Source: Vitrella brassicaformis CCMP3155 (lineage: Eukaryota; Protista; Chromerida). From it: a DNA stretch of 63,234 nucleotides. Positions 9,709 to 21,461 of the stretch are shown here, piece after piece (the stretch's first letter is position 1; each line of letters opens with the position of its first letter). A program made the translations under genes and the position numbers. Under the pieces are notes generated by a model, which saw only the letters and a list, made by a program, of their open reading frames with translations, ran no database searches and was not told the origin of the DNA. The stretch spans positions 1 through 63,234 of the forward strand of contig CDMY01000504.1 in assembly GCA_001179505.1 (NCBI GenBank). The letters are read 5' to 3'.

Positions 9709-10517
9709 ATGCATGGGCCCTGTTCATCAATCAAGTCGAGAGAGATGCTGTCGCAAGAGCGCATCAAGTTCAAGACGGAGCGGGTCGGCGCCATCCCAGA
9801 GGACCTCCTCAACAGCCCCGCCTTTATCGCTCTCGCTGGGAAGGTCTCTGACGCCATTGTGGAGCTGGAGGCGCTCGGAGCGACGCCCGTCATGTACGAC
9901 GGGCTGGTGGGTGGCAACGCGGCATTCATCCTCACCAAAGACCAACTGCCCGACACGCAACGGCAGCACGCTCCCCTTCTCGTGGTGAGTGAGTGACCAC
10001 TGACTGCACTTCATTCAGATCTATGCCATTCAGCTTGATGGGTGAGCGATGTTTGCAGGTGACCAAGTCGGGGAAGGCTCCCAACCGCCGACCAAGCATC
10101 GCTGACGGGGACTTCGTCGTCGCGGTTGGGTTTGACCGCACTCAGTGGAAGGTGGACTACTGGAGTGTTTGCGGCGAGAAGCCGACGAGCGACACGCCGC
10201 TGCACTATGCGGCGCTCATGCCTCGAGAGGGCCGCCAGCAGCCACAGGTGGCCATCCATGGGCACATGTTTAGCACCGAAGAGGATGCACAGCTCAACGG
10301 CTTGCCCATCTCGAAGGAGCTGACTTTGTTCTCGACGCCGGAGGACCTCCACGCGCTGCAAGAGCTGATGGATGCCTTCCCCTACCCAGACTATCGCGTG
10401 TACATCCGCAAGGGCCATGGCTTCTTCAGCGTCGGTGACACGGTGGAGATGGCCATGGAAAACGTGCGGTGCCTCAAACAGGCCAAGAGCACGGCCGGCA
10501 AGTCGGATGCCGCATAG
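9709..10517 (+). CDS. Class II aldolase/adducin-fold protein (exons 9709-9984, 10059-10517)
   Basis: The spliced product has GGNAA..VTKSG..PTSDTPLH..IHGH..RKGHGFFSVG, the motif order and His triad of the class II aldolase/MtnB family. Clean GT-AG intron. Confidence 0.75.
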
Positions 10518-11179
10518 ACAACAGGGAATCGAGGAATGTTGGGCTCATAATGGATGGATGCATGGATGTATGTGTGCATGCAGCACATGAAGCTTTCTGC
10601 TGCCGTACAGTGAGGGCGATTTTTCCGTGCGCAGTGTGTGCCGTTGTTTCCTCTTTTTCTGCGCCGCTGTCACAGTATAGTTTGCAGTGAGGTGAGGACG
10701 TTTGTTGGATGTTTTGAGCCAGCCGTAGATACGGTTGGGCGCATGTGTGGGCGAGATAAGACTTCCATCGATTGATGAGCGCATACGTGCATCAGAGCTT
10801 CGCATGCATTTATGGATGCGGACCTACTATGGAATGCTATGCATGACCCGCGAGCACATGATTGGATTGATAGACTATGTTCTCAGTTTCGACAGACGTG
10901 ACCCTGGCCATGCCGACAAAGCATCCCTGACTTCTACACTTGATAAATGCGTATATATATGAATCTGTCAACATATGCATGCATCCATGTATGCGCCTCC
11001 CTCGCCGCTCCAACATGGCATACATACACACCCTGTAGCCCAGATCCATCGGCAGAACTCAGCAAGCCAAAACTGCTGTGTGTGACTTGATAAAGGCAAG
11101 ACTGACACTCGATCATTCATGGATGTGCACATGGACGTGCCTCAAAACTGCATAGATCCATGCAGCCACTCATACACAT

Positions 11180-11960
11180 CTACTTCTGTAATGGAGCTCC
11201 ACGTATGCTGCCAGCCTGCGGGCCGAGTCGCTTCTCGAATGTCAGGTGACAGTTGAGGATCAACGACGTGTCAAAACCTGCCATTATGTCATGCACACAT
11301 ACTTACGTACATCCATTGGCATGTATTGGGGGGTCTGTATCGGTCCTCCGGTCTCACCGACTGCACAGCAGGCGAGGTAGAAGTTCCAAATGCGGCGGAA
11401 GCTGCCATCAAAACCAGGCGCATGCAGACATATCTCATCCGACTGTAGGCAAGACGCAATACACACATATGCCTGCATCCATCGGGGTGTGTGTGTGTGT
11501 GTGTGTGTGTGTGCATACTTTTGCTTCGAAGTTGTTTCGCCATGCCCTGAGAGTGTTGCCGTAGCTGCTCTGACCTATCTCGTCAACACTGCATGAATGC
11601 ATGCATGCACACAGACACCACGTGAGGTGTGTTATGTCTGTGTGGCAAGAGTGAGCTGCCCACCCAACGAGAACGAGCGTGGGAGCCTTCTTCTTGACCT
11701 AAATGCATAGCACCACACCATCAGCAATACGACCATATCACTGTGTGATTCATGAATGCATGCACGGCCTACATACCGCCTGAAGAATGGCCATCTGCGA
11801 CGGCAAAATGCCCCCTGATTGATACACACAGACAACACACTGATCACCCTCCATCGCTGTGTGTCACATGGTTGCCGACCGGGGAATATGAACACGTTGA
11901 TGAAGTTGGATGTGTTGACGTAGCTGTCGAACCGATAGTCAGGCATCAATTGGAGGGAGG
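11180..11960 (-). pseudogene. cfa: Cyclopropane-fatty-acyl-phospholipid synthase-like SAM methyltransferase, C-terminal exons only
   Basis: Spliced exons read PDYRFDSYVNTSNFINVFIFPG|GILPSQMAILQA|VKKKAPTLVLV|SYGNTLRAWRNNFEAK|GFDGSFRRIWNFYLACCAVG|FDTSLILNCHLTF, matching the CFA synthase C-terminal motifs. No N-terminal exons were found. Confidence 0.75.
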
Positions 11961-12876
11961 ACTCAATCCAGTTCGACCTCACGTTTCAAGGCGATGCGTT
12001 CCTGATGAGGGGAGAGCATCCAATGACAGAGGGCGAGCTTCGTGACGACGATTGGCACGTGGTCACGATTTTGCGGATCAGTGAGTTTTTCGCAGAAGTA
12101 GGTCAGTTCGAGGATACAAATCGCCTGACTGGCCTGAGGCTGTGGTCTGATTTGTATATTGGTGACGACGAGGAAGAGGGGGGCGATGCGGGTGAGGAGG
12201 AGGAGCGAGGCAATGTGTAGATGATGCCTGCTTGCCTGTGTGTAGTGGAGGGAGGGACGGACTGGTGCGTGTGTGAGTGGCGATGCGTAAAGGAGAGGCG
12301 GACTGATGCGTAGATGCATGCGTGTGGCGGTGCGTCGTTTGCGTGCCTGCCTGTAGGAAAAAGAGGGATGGATTGTCTGCCTGGGTGTGTCGTGCCTGCC
12401 TGCCTGCCTGCCTGCCTGTGTGTGTCGCTTTTCTCGCACGTACGTACCAAGCGAGGGCTTTGAATCTGCGTGAGGGACTGATACGTGAGTGGCTCTTTTT
12501 CGGGCTTTGAAGTGCGTGTGTGTCGTGCCTGCGTGTCGTACCTGCCTGTCTCGGCGGACGTGTGTCGTGCTTACCTGTCTGCTTGCCTGTCTGTTCATTC
12601 GTCCGTCCATCTGTCTGTTGACCGACTCACTGACTAGCTGTGAATCTGCCTGCCTGCCAACTGCTTGTCTGCCTGTCTGTCTGTCTGTCTGTCCGATGCG
12701 TGCCTAATGCGTAAGGGAGGGAGGGAGGGGCGAACTGATGCGTACGACGATCGTCAAAGCTTACTTAAACCCCTACCTACGAACCTATGTCACTCATCCA
12801 TTCATTCTTACAGCAAATGACACACATTAATATATACACAGAGTCTGAACAGAGGGTCTCTGATGCTTGCTTTAAT

Positions 12877-12945
12877 CGCTCAAAAATCCCTTCTGGGTTC
12901 AAAACCCTTTAACCCCAAAAATCCCATACAAGGGATTTTTGAGCG
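12877..12945. repeat. Perfect 16-bp inverted repeat with 37-nt spacer
   Basis: cgctcaaaaatccctt (12877-12892) is the reverse complement of aagggatttttgagcg (12930-12945). Confidence 0.9.
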
Positions 12946-13147
12946 AGCTTTTTAGCGAGCTCGGAAATCCCTTGTAGTAGACTACTCACAGAGAGTGTGC
13001 AAGCCACCAAAAAGCGGAGATCTCTGTGCCGCCTCTCCCTGCGAGCTTCGCTATTGGAAGGCGCAAGATCTGAGGAGTTGCAGGCATCGTATGACACTGC
13101 TTCGTGACCAGTACACGAATCCCAACCCCACCCACACGGCACCAGTC

Positions 13148-13859
13148 ATGAAGTCTCCCAAGAACAGCGCCTCGCGCGATTCCATGAGGGAGGTCAGCAG
13201 TGCACCCGCACACCCAACACACAGAAGGGCAGATCTGACAGGTCACAGGGCAGGCAGCTGCCCTGCCACAGCGCAGCATTGGTTCTATCTGTTGTTTGTT
13301 CGTGTGGTGTTGTGTGTGGTCCCTGCAGCGACATCGAGAGAGGACCGGCTCGTTCGGCAACAAGGTGGCTGACACGAACCGCAAGTCGACGGCCAAGGAG
13401 AGGGCGAAAGAGAACATCGTCACCAAAGCTGACCGGTGAGTGGATACAGCGAATACACAACGCTCTGAAGGAAAGGTGCTGTGTATGTGTGTGGTGTGTG
13501 GTGTGCGGCGTGTGCAGTCAGGCGTTCGGTTCGATTGGCCCCTACATGCTGCTGCTTCTGCTGCTGGCCATCATAGGTGCGACACTCACCCACTCAACCA
13601 ACCAGACATGAGCAGACCCTCACCGGTGTGTGGTCTTCTCCTGTCCCTCTGTGTGTGTCAATCTCAATCAGGTGGGTCCATCTACTTCTTCATGTCCTAC
13701 TACAGCGGCGAGCTCTTCCAGCCGCCAAAGTTCGCCACCAACGAGGACATCCCCCCGATGGGCCATGTGCCTGTCATCGAGAAGGTCGAGGTGGCCGAAA
13801 AGGACCCCCTGCACGCAGCGGACGAGGGAGCCGGCCAGGAGGCCAGCAGCGAGATGTAG
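13148..13859 (+). CDS. Small single-pass membrane protein, 4 exons
   Basis: GT-AG spliced exons: MKSPKNSASRDSMRE|..|AFGSIGPYMLLLLLLAIIG|GSIYFFMSYYSGELF..SSEM*. Confidence 0.6.
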
Positions 13860-15030
13860 ACGGCATGGCGGGTTCGATGGATGGTCGGTAATTCATGAGC
13901 GCGTTGCGTGTGTTTGTTGAAGTGAGTGGGGGCGGCCTGTGGCAATCCGCCTCCTTTTTTCGAGTGTGGCGTCTTTTTCCTGCCGTGCGGTGCGGTCCGG
14001 TGCGGAGGGTGGATGTGTCGTGTAGGTAATCGAGAGGCGGGTCTCTGTCGTTCAGTTCAGACAACTGAAACCTTCCTCCCGGCTACCTGACACACTCATC
14101 CACCCGCCCCGCCCCGCCAGTCTGTCTCGGTCTTTTTCTCTCGTTTCTGCCGTCGCGTGTATGTAATTTGCGGCTCAAGCTAGCTTGTCATCTGTGTGGA
14201 CCGTAGCTGAGCGTGTGTACGAGAGTGCTGTGTGGGTGAGGGTGTGTATGGGTGTGGGTGTGGCTATGTAAGACCGCCTGCAGGCCAATGCGGCCTGGCG
14301 TCGGTGGGTGAGATGCTGCCGGCCTGTCTGTCTGGATGACCGTGTGTGTGACCTTCTGTGTGTGCCGTCTCTACTGAGAAGTGAGAACACTCGTCTCTAC
14401 CGTATCAGTGCCGTGGACAGACCGATGGACCACTGTAAGCTCTTGCGTTAATTGTCCACCAGCATTCATGAGCGCGATTTGTCAGTCTCTTGAGCCACGT
14501 CACATCTACCATCTCAGTCGAATTGGTTGGCTGTCGTTTCAATCGACCTTCCAGAACGTCTAAGGGCACCACCGCACAGCCGACGGACGGACCCACACAT
14601 AGACAGAGACAGAGAGACATGCCCCATCCCTCCACCCAGTCCACCCCCTCAGGCCGCATTGGCCTGCAGCTCCTCACTTTCACCTCTGGCAACTGACTGT
14701 ATACATCACATAGGTACATCGCATAATTACATGGCGGCACATAAAGGAAGGATATAGCTACATATGTCACCGATGAGAGCAGCCAGTCAGTGATGGATGC
14801 TCACAGGTACACGAAGGCATCAGACAGACAGACAGACAGACAGACAGAGAGACAGACAGACAGAGAGACAGACAGACAGACAGAGAGGCAGACAGACAGA
14901 CAGGCAGGCAGGCACCGAATTACAGCAGAACGACCGACCCAGGCAGCAAGACAAGACACGAGACACGCAGACACACAGGAGCAGGCACGAACGAGGAGAG
15001 CACGTCACCACACACCTGCTGAGCTACTAA

Positions 15031-17432
15031 TTAGCGGCCGAATCCAGCCCCTCTCCCAATGTACGTAACACCTAACACCAGTCGACTAATTCGTGAGAAC
15101 TCCCGCGGCTTGCCGCTGCATTGGCGGGCCACTCCGCCACATCTACACCCGCACCTGAGGAGACAGCCAACGATGGGATGCCACACGTCTGTCTGCCTGT
15201 CTGTCTGTCTGTCTGTGTCGCTCACCCCTTCTTTGGTTGCGTTAGCGATCCAGCGTTTGAGTGCCAGCTGCTGGCCGTACGCGGTGATGCCCAGCCGCTC
15301 CATGTCCCTGTGCATCTCGTCCCTCTCCAGATGGCCAATGTCGACCAGGTCAAAGCCATCAATCACGTGCTGGACAGCAGACAGCGATGAGTGATGTGTG
15401 CACACGCCAGCACTCCCTCCCTCCCTCCGTCCCTCACCTGTTTCATGATGGGGGCGAGGTCGCGCATCTTCTGCGAGTCGTGCAGCTGAAACACGCGGAA
15501 CACGTCGTCCTCACTCAGCTGCTCGATCCCCTTTGTTGGGCCTCCTTCGTCTCTCTCCCCCCCGCCCCCCGCCGCCGCCGCAGCAGCGGCAGCAGCCGAT
15601 GATGCCGCCTCCTGGCCACCAGGCGATCCTGCCGGGGCACCTGCAGGTGTGGACATGGTAGCCATCATGACACAGAAATGGCTCACCCAAGCGTCCATCT
15701 TCGTGGTACCTGACGCGCGAGGTTTCTTGGGCTCAGGCTCCTCCTCTGCGGCCCACTCATCTGCCTCGGCCGCCCTCTTGGCACCGCTCTGCTGCTGCTG
15801 GTGCTGCTGGTGCTGCTGGTGCTGCTGGTGCTGCTCAATGGGTTGCGGTGGGGGTGAGGGGGAGCGGTCGACATCGAAAACCATTGCTGCCTCCGGTGCC
15901 CGCACACCGGCTGCCATCATGTGTACGTCGCCGTTGCCCTCTCCCTCTCCCTCCCCCGCGCCGCACAGTGCGGGAAACGGCGAGGCAGCCACTGGCGACT
16001 GATGAGCAGACGACGAACCACCTGAACAAATCGACGCCATTCACCACACATACGGGCACATGTACATAGTGAAGCAAGAGCAGAAGGGACCTTCCTCGTC
16101 GTTTCGGAGCCCACCTGAGGCCGGCTCCTCCTCTTGAGCACCAACTCCCTCGCCGGTCATGGCCTCCTCATTCTGCCGTCTGCGCGGCGGCCGGCCCCTC
16201 TTGGTGATGACCTTCTTTGGTCGCCCCTTGGGCTTGGGCTTTGGCGTGGGTGCCAGGGCGGCCATCCTCTTGCGAAGGACCTTCGTCAGGTTGAACAGTG
16301 ACCACCCCTTCAATCCCAACTTCGTCACGGCCACCCGGATGGGCTCCGGCTCCGGCTGGCTCCCCTCACCGACAGGCAGCGGCCGCACGATGACGTCAAA
16401 GCTCACACCTGAGTTGGCGCAGGTGTGTGGCCTGCGCTCAAATGTCGCCCTGTCCGCCAGCCCCTCGTAGACGGGACAGTACGTTGTGGACTGCGGGTCA
16501 CATTTGGCGAGGTAGGCAGCGCGCAGGCTGGCCTCGTGGGGGTCGCTTGCCGTGTCGCTGTCTGGTGCGGGGGGCTGGTGAAGGATGGGGAGGGCGTCCA
16601 CAGCCAGGGGTGCGGGGGGCTGGTTGGGGATGGGGTGGAGAACTGGTGCGGCGGCTTCGGCTTCGGCTTCGCCGCCCTGGCCTGCCTGGCCCGCACAACG
16701 CAGGATATCCCGACAGGCCTTGGCTTCCTGGAAGGCCGCATCAACGGCCGCCTTCGTGCTGCCCTCGATGACGAAGTTCTGCTCGCCCACGACGAACTTG
16801 ACGGCCTTGCCGCTTCGGTGACGCCTGACGGTGATGCCGACGTCTCCTTTTTCGCTGTTGGTCTCGGCGAGGGAGAGTTCCCTGATCATCTCCCTGGCCC
16901 AAATGCCGGCAGCATCGGCGGCAGCGGCAGCGGCAGCGTCGTCTGTGCGGTGAGGATCACAGACAGCAATTAGCCAAATGACACAAGGTGAGACGATGTC
17001 GGCCTGACTGACGCCGTCGTACCCTGTGCTGTGTCGCCTCCTGGCGCTGCGGGGAGGACGTGGTGTTTGAAGGGAAAGATCGGAGCGAAGGGAAAGATCG
17101 GCGGGACAACTCTGCTGGCCTTGGCAGATGATGCGGTCGACGCTGAACCAGCGGGAGATGTCAGATCTGCAGCCTTCTGGGACGCCAGCATTGCTGAAAC
17201 ACGCAATCACAGTGACAGAAATAGATGCCGGGCAAGTAGCCCCATCTTTTGGCGTACCGATGGCGGTGTTAGCAGCACTCGACGCGGCGCCTTTCGCTTG
17301 TCTGCTCGGCTCTGCCTGACCGCCGGAATGGCCAGCTCGGCCGTCTCCCCAGGTAGATTGGTTCAAAATCGGCTCGTTTTCGCTTTTGGCGGCAGCGCTG
17401 GGCTTTGCCATCAGCCGCAACAGGCTGCGCAT
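15031..17432 (-). CDS. Lineage-specific protein with unknown globular domain, two AT-hook-like motifs and C-terminal SAM-like domain
   Basis: PKGRPKK and KRGRPPR motifs. C-terminal exon HVIDGFDLVDIGHLERDEMHRDMERLGITAYGQQLALKRWI is SAM-like. Paralog at 24740-26700. Confidence 0.55.
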
Positions 17433-17691
17433 CGCTTTGTTGTGTCCACCCCTGTGCGAGCTAAGCAGCAGCGGTTTCAGGGAGCACCCTAGGCGGCCTC
17501 CAGGAGAAACTCCTCTGTCGAAAGAGCGAAGGGTGGAGAGATCACCTCACAGTGGCTTGCAGATGCGTTCGGCTGCCGACACCGACAAGAAGTGTCAAGC
17601 AAGAATCATCGTTTGTGGATCTGCCTTCGTGACGATGGTTGTCTGTTGCTCTGGGATGAGGGAGAGGAGGGATGCTACCCCATGCGGCTTC

Positions 17692-18672
17692 ATGAAGCGT
17701 CAACAAAGGATTGCATCGCCCTGCACCAACCTATGCAGCACTGGAGGAGGTGGTGCTGATGAGCAGGGGACGCTGTCAAGGACGCCGAAGCTCCACGCAA
17801 TAGAGGAGGAGATCAGGCAGCTGACGGTCAGTCAGCACTGCACCGCCCTTTGTTGTCTTTTCGACAGATCTTTCCTCTCGTCTGTCTGTCTGTCTGTCTG
17901 TCTGTCTGCAGGCTCGAAGAGATGCTGTCCTCTCTGCAGGTGCTACTCAAGTCAAGAAGGACAGGCAGCTGCGCATCATCCTGCCGCTACGTGACGACTC
18001 GCTACCCACCGCACCATCAGACACTGCGGAGCCGACGCCAGCTGCAGCTAACACCACCGATGGGAACAACACTGCGGCACCGACAAGCGGCAATAGCAAT
18101 GTGACGGCGGCCAGTGAGGAAGACAGTGCAGCTGTCCGGGCTCTCGTGATGCGGCGATGGCGGCGGCTGGTGGCGGAGCAGAGGGCGACGGAGAGTGAGG
18201 GCTTCATGACTGAGGGTGCCCGGCGGCTGGAGCGCCTGAGGGCCGAGCGGGTCTATCCATTCATCGTGGTGCGCGTCGCTCTGCCCGACGGCCTCACACT
18301 GCAGTTCCGCGCGAGTGTACGCGAGACGATTGAGGACCTTCACAAAGTCATCAGGGAGGTCAGCAAGCGACGGAGGGAAACGCACCGCGGCAGACAGACA
18401 TCTGGTCGTGTGTGGTGCAGGTGCTTGTGTCGCGCCGCATGTCGTCTGCCGCTCTATCCTTTGACCTTCATCTGCCGCTCTGCAGAGATGTGCTGCGCCC
18501 ATCTGCAACGCTCGAGGAGGCCCGCATCAGCCCCCCTGCCGCCCGGCTGATGCTCAAGTGGCGGAGACCTGACGATGTGGCGCGAATCATGGCGAGCGGC
18601 AGGGGCGGAAAGCACGGTTACTTGAATGAGAGGGGCAAAAGGCTGCTCAAGAGCGCGGGGAGGGGCCAGTGA
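17692..18672 (+). CDS. UBX-domain protein (PUX1/ASPSCR1-like)
   Basis: IVVRVALPDGLTLQFRASVRETIEDLHKVIRE...PSATLEEARISPPAARLMLKW matches the UBX pattern. The start is approximate. Confidence 0.65.
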
Positions 18673-18886
18673 GTCGAGCAAGCCAAGCCTGCATTCCTGC
18701 GGCGATGAGTGAGGTGGCAGACGAGTCGCGTGGGTACGTGGGTGCGTGGGTGTGACGTCTGTCTGCCGACAGATGCTGCCGTGGTGCATGTTTGTGATTT
18801 CACTTGTAAAAAGTGACGTGCTCGCAGAGTACAATGGCCCTGGTCGTCCAACCCATCCACCCACCAGGACTGACCGCATTTACAAA

Positions 18887-18910
18887 GAAACCCTTGACCC
18901 GACACCCTGA
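18887..18910 (+). promoter_or_regulatory. Telomere-like GAAACCCTTGACCC motif ~30-50 bp upstream of an ATG
   Basis: gaaacccttgacccgacaccctga; near-identical copies at 21030, 42995 and 57352, in intergenic 5' regions. Confidence 0.45.
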
Positions 18911-18939
18911 GGGTCGGCAAGTTTCACACCATTCATCTG

Positions 18940-19900
18940 ATGGGCAACCTCAGCTCACGTCAGTTGCGTGCCAGGTTGGAAGCTCAGTTTCAGCAAGAGG
19001 GATGGACCCCACAACGGTGCCCTGATGTCCGCTTCCTGACACATCAAGGTACCAACATCATGGGCAGGCTGTCGTCCAGACACCCTGTGTGTGTGTGTGT
19101 GTGTGTGTGCGTGTGTGGCAGAGGTGAGGCTGTTGGGGAGCTTCCTGCCTGAAGACGGTGACGACGCCGAGCGCCTCCATCGGAAGAAGGGCGCCATGAA
19201 GGTGAATGCGGGTGTCTTCGCCGAGTTTCAGATGAGAAGGGGAGCCTACCCCGTAAGCAGAAGACGCCACGCTGCCTATTTCCCCTATCTGCCTGTCTGG
19301 TCCTCTGTCTTGTCTGTCGTCTCCAGGAGTTTTTTAACGTCGCGTGTGTGGCCCTCACCATGATCATCGCGGGCACGTGGGGTTCTCCTGTGTTCTGGTT
19401 CCGGGCGGTGGGCGAAAAAGAGGCCATTGAGGCCCGTTGCTATGCCATCGCTTCGCTGATATTCCTGCTGGTCGCCGTGTGTGGGGTCGTTCTGTTGGTG
19501 GTCGAGGGGTATTGCCGCGGGATTCCTGCAGCCTCTGGGTATGACATGCACTCAGTCAGTCATGAGCCAGTCACTCTCCTCTCGGTCTCACGGCCGATCT
19601 GTTGCCTTCTTCTGCCTGTTTCATGTGTGTGATCGGTCGATCAGGCTGACCGCGATGGCGGTGGACGCGGCTGCTGCTCCTCCCATCCGGCCGTCTGCTG
19701 CCCCTCCCAGCCTGCCGTCCGTCGCCGCACCCTCACCGGCTGCGGCGGGTTCCGCGGCAGATCTGACACAACCTCTACTCGAAGCGCAGACAGACAGACA
19801 GGCGAGCGGGCAGGAGGCATGCATAGACAGACAATCGAGCGCGCAGGCAGACAGACACAACCTCTACTCGAAGCGCATTGTCTGTCAGACAGCACGGCTA
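18940..19900 (+). CDS. Multi-exon membrane protein of unknown function
   Basis: Spliceable exons with a hydrophobic segment (YAIASLIFLLVAVCGVVLLVVEG). A 23-bp direct duplication (acacaacctctactcgaagcgca) lies near the 3' end. Confidence 0.4.
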
Positions 19901-20323
19901 CTTGCCGTAGCGATTGAGTGTGCGTGCGTGTGACATGACGAGAAGACCACCTTCTGGTCACTGGCTGATTGGCCCGTCTTTTAAGTTAAGTCCCCGCTCA
20001 TGCGTGTTTGTGCAGTGTCTGCCGGAGGCGCACTCACACTCTGCACCGCTCCTTCACTCACTCACTCTTCGTCTGTACGCCCATCCACTGCACACTCCCT
20101 CCCACGCCCCAATGCACTTCACTCATTCACTCCTCCCTCATTCGAGGAGATCTTCACACCACAGCACTCGTGCATTCACATACTCACAGCAGACTCTGAG
20201 CAACACGCAATTGTAGGGCCGCCCGTGGTGTCCGACATGGGCACAACACTGGCCCATGTTCACGTATCACTATGGATAGGCCTAAATGCGCACCTTCTTC
20301 ATGCATCCTCTGTTGAGCTCGAA

Positions 20324-20453
20324 GGCACACAAGCAAACATGACAGATAAACTAGCCCTCTCGATAAAAGTGCGCTTCCAAAAGACACCCGGCATGCAGCC
20401 AGCTACCCATCCCTTTCATCACTCACTCCAGCTCCGGGTAATTCCCCTGCGTG
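20324..20453 (-). repeat. ~130-bp repeat, inverted copy of 24042-24173
   Basis: The reverse complement aligns by eye at high identity (cacgcaggggaa..tacccggagctggagtgagtgatgaaa..gggtagctggctgcatgccgggtgtc..ttttatcgagagggctagtt). Confidence 0.9.
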
Positions 20454-21002
20454 CTCCCAGCTGGGGGTGTGGCTTGACGGCTCTCGCTCTTCGTCGACTC
20501 GGTCCGTTGATCGGTCTGCTGGCCGCCTTCATCCGCCGGGCCGGGCCTGACCGACCGATTACACACATGAAACAGCAGTGAGACCGAGAGGAGAGCAGTC
20601 GATGAACGTGGGTGGCTAGCTCATGACTGACTGACTGATCAATCACACTGACATACCTAGCGTTGTCTGGCGCATCGTCTGGGCGAGGGAGGTGTGTTAA
20701 TGGGTACCTGCCGAAGGGGACGACATCACAGAACCGCACGCAGCGCTCGTTGTTCTCTCTTACTCGCCCAGGTAAGATCCCGACTCCGGTCCGTGGTGTT
20801 TGGTGCCGATCTCCTCGACCAGCCTCAGGAACTCCTCTCTGTCCCTCAGCGAACTGTCGTCGTTGACACAGACGCCCAGCTGCCTCAGCTCCCTTTTGGT
20901 CAGCCAGGCGAAGTGGATGGGGTACTTGGCCTGCGGATTCATGTAGCAGTACGCAAGACTCACCTTGCTGAACTCTGGCTCCTTTACTATTGAGCCGCCC
21001 AT
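20423..21002 (-). CDS. Small multi-exon host protein, function unknown
   Basis: Exon 1 MGGSIVKEPEFSKVSLAYCYMNPQAKYPIHFAWLTKRELRQLGV..; last exon ..STQGNYPELE*. Confidence 0.55.
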
Positions 21003-21029
21003 TGTTTGCTCCCGTTGCGAGCTTGAAGC

Positions 21030-21052
21030 GAAACCCTTGACCCGAAACCCTG
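21030..21052 (+). promoter_or_regulatory. Telomere-like GAAACCCTTGACCCGAAACCCTG motif in a divergent promoter
   Basis: Lies between divergent starts at 21002 (-) and 21462 (+). Confidence 0.45.
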
Positions 21053-21461
21053 CTTTGTAGCCCCCATCAGCGTTTTTCTCCCAAAGCTAGAGGAAAGAGT
21101 GAGGCGTTGATTGATCTGCATGCGCTGACGTGGTCAGATTCTCACCATAGATCCACTGTTGTGTTGTCGAGCTGAAAGGCAGACAAGGAGGCGGCACAGA
21201 CACAGAGTCGAGCGGGCCTACAGGCCATTCTGATGAGGTGAGAGGTACACAGCACCACACGCACGTCTGCATCATATAGATGACCAAATGGTGTGTTCAT
21301 TTTGTCGTTTGCTTCGCTTATTTCTGTTGGCTGTGGCACCGTTTTCAGAACCCAGGCTGACTCATCGTTTCATTGCATCTCAGCAGCCGCCAGGCTTGAG
21401 CGGCAGCAATGACCGGCCATCAGCGGGGAGCAGCTTGACTCATCTAGTAGCCTTGTCGGCG

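Noticed and set aside
12975-12986. AGTAG-A-CTACT palindrome as a fused Polinton terminus or excision footprint
   Set aside because: Too short, 5.6 kb from the element, and without supporting TIR sequence.
14165-14180. Dinoflagellate/perkinsid spliced-leader relic (tttgcggctcaag)
   Set aside because: Only a partial match to the 3' end of the leader; expected by chance.
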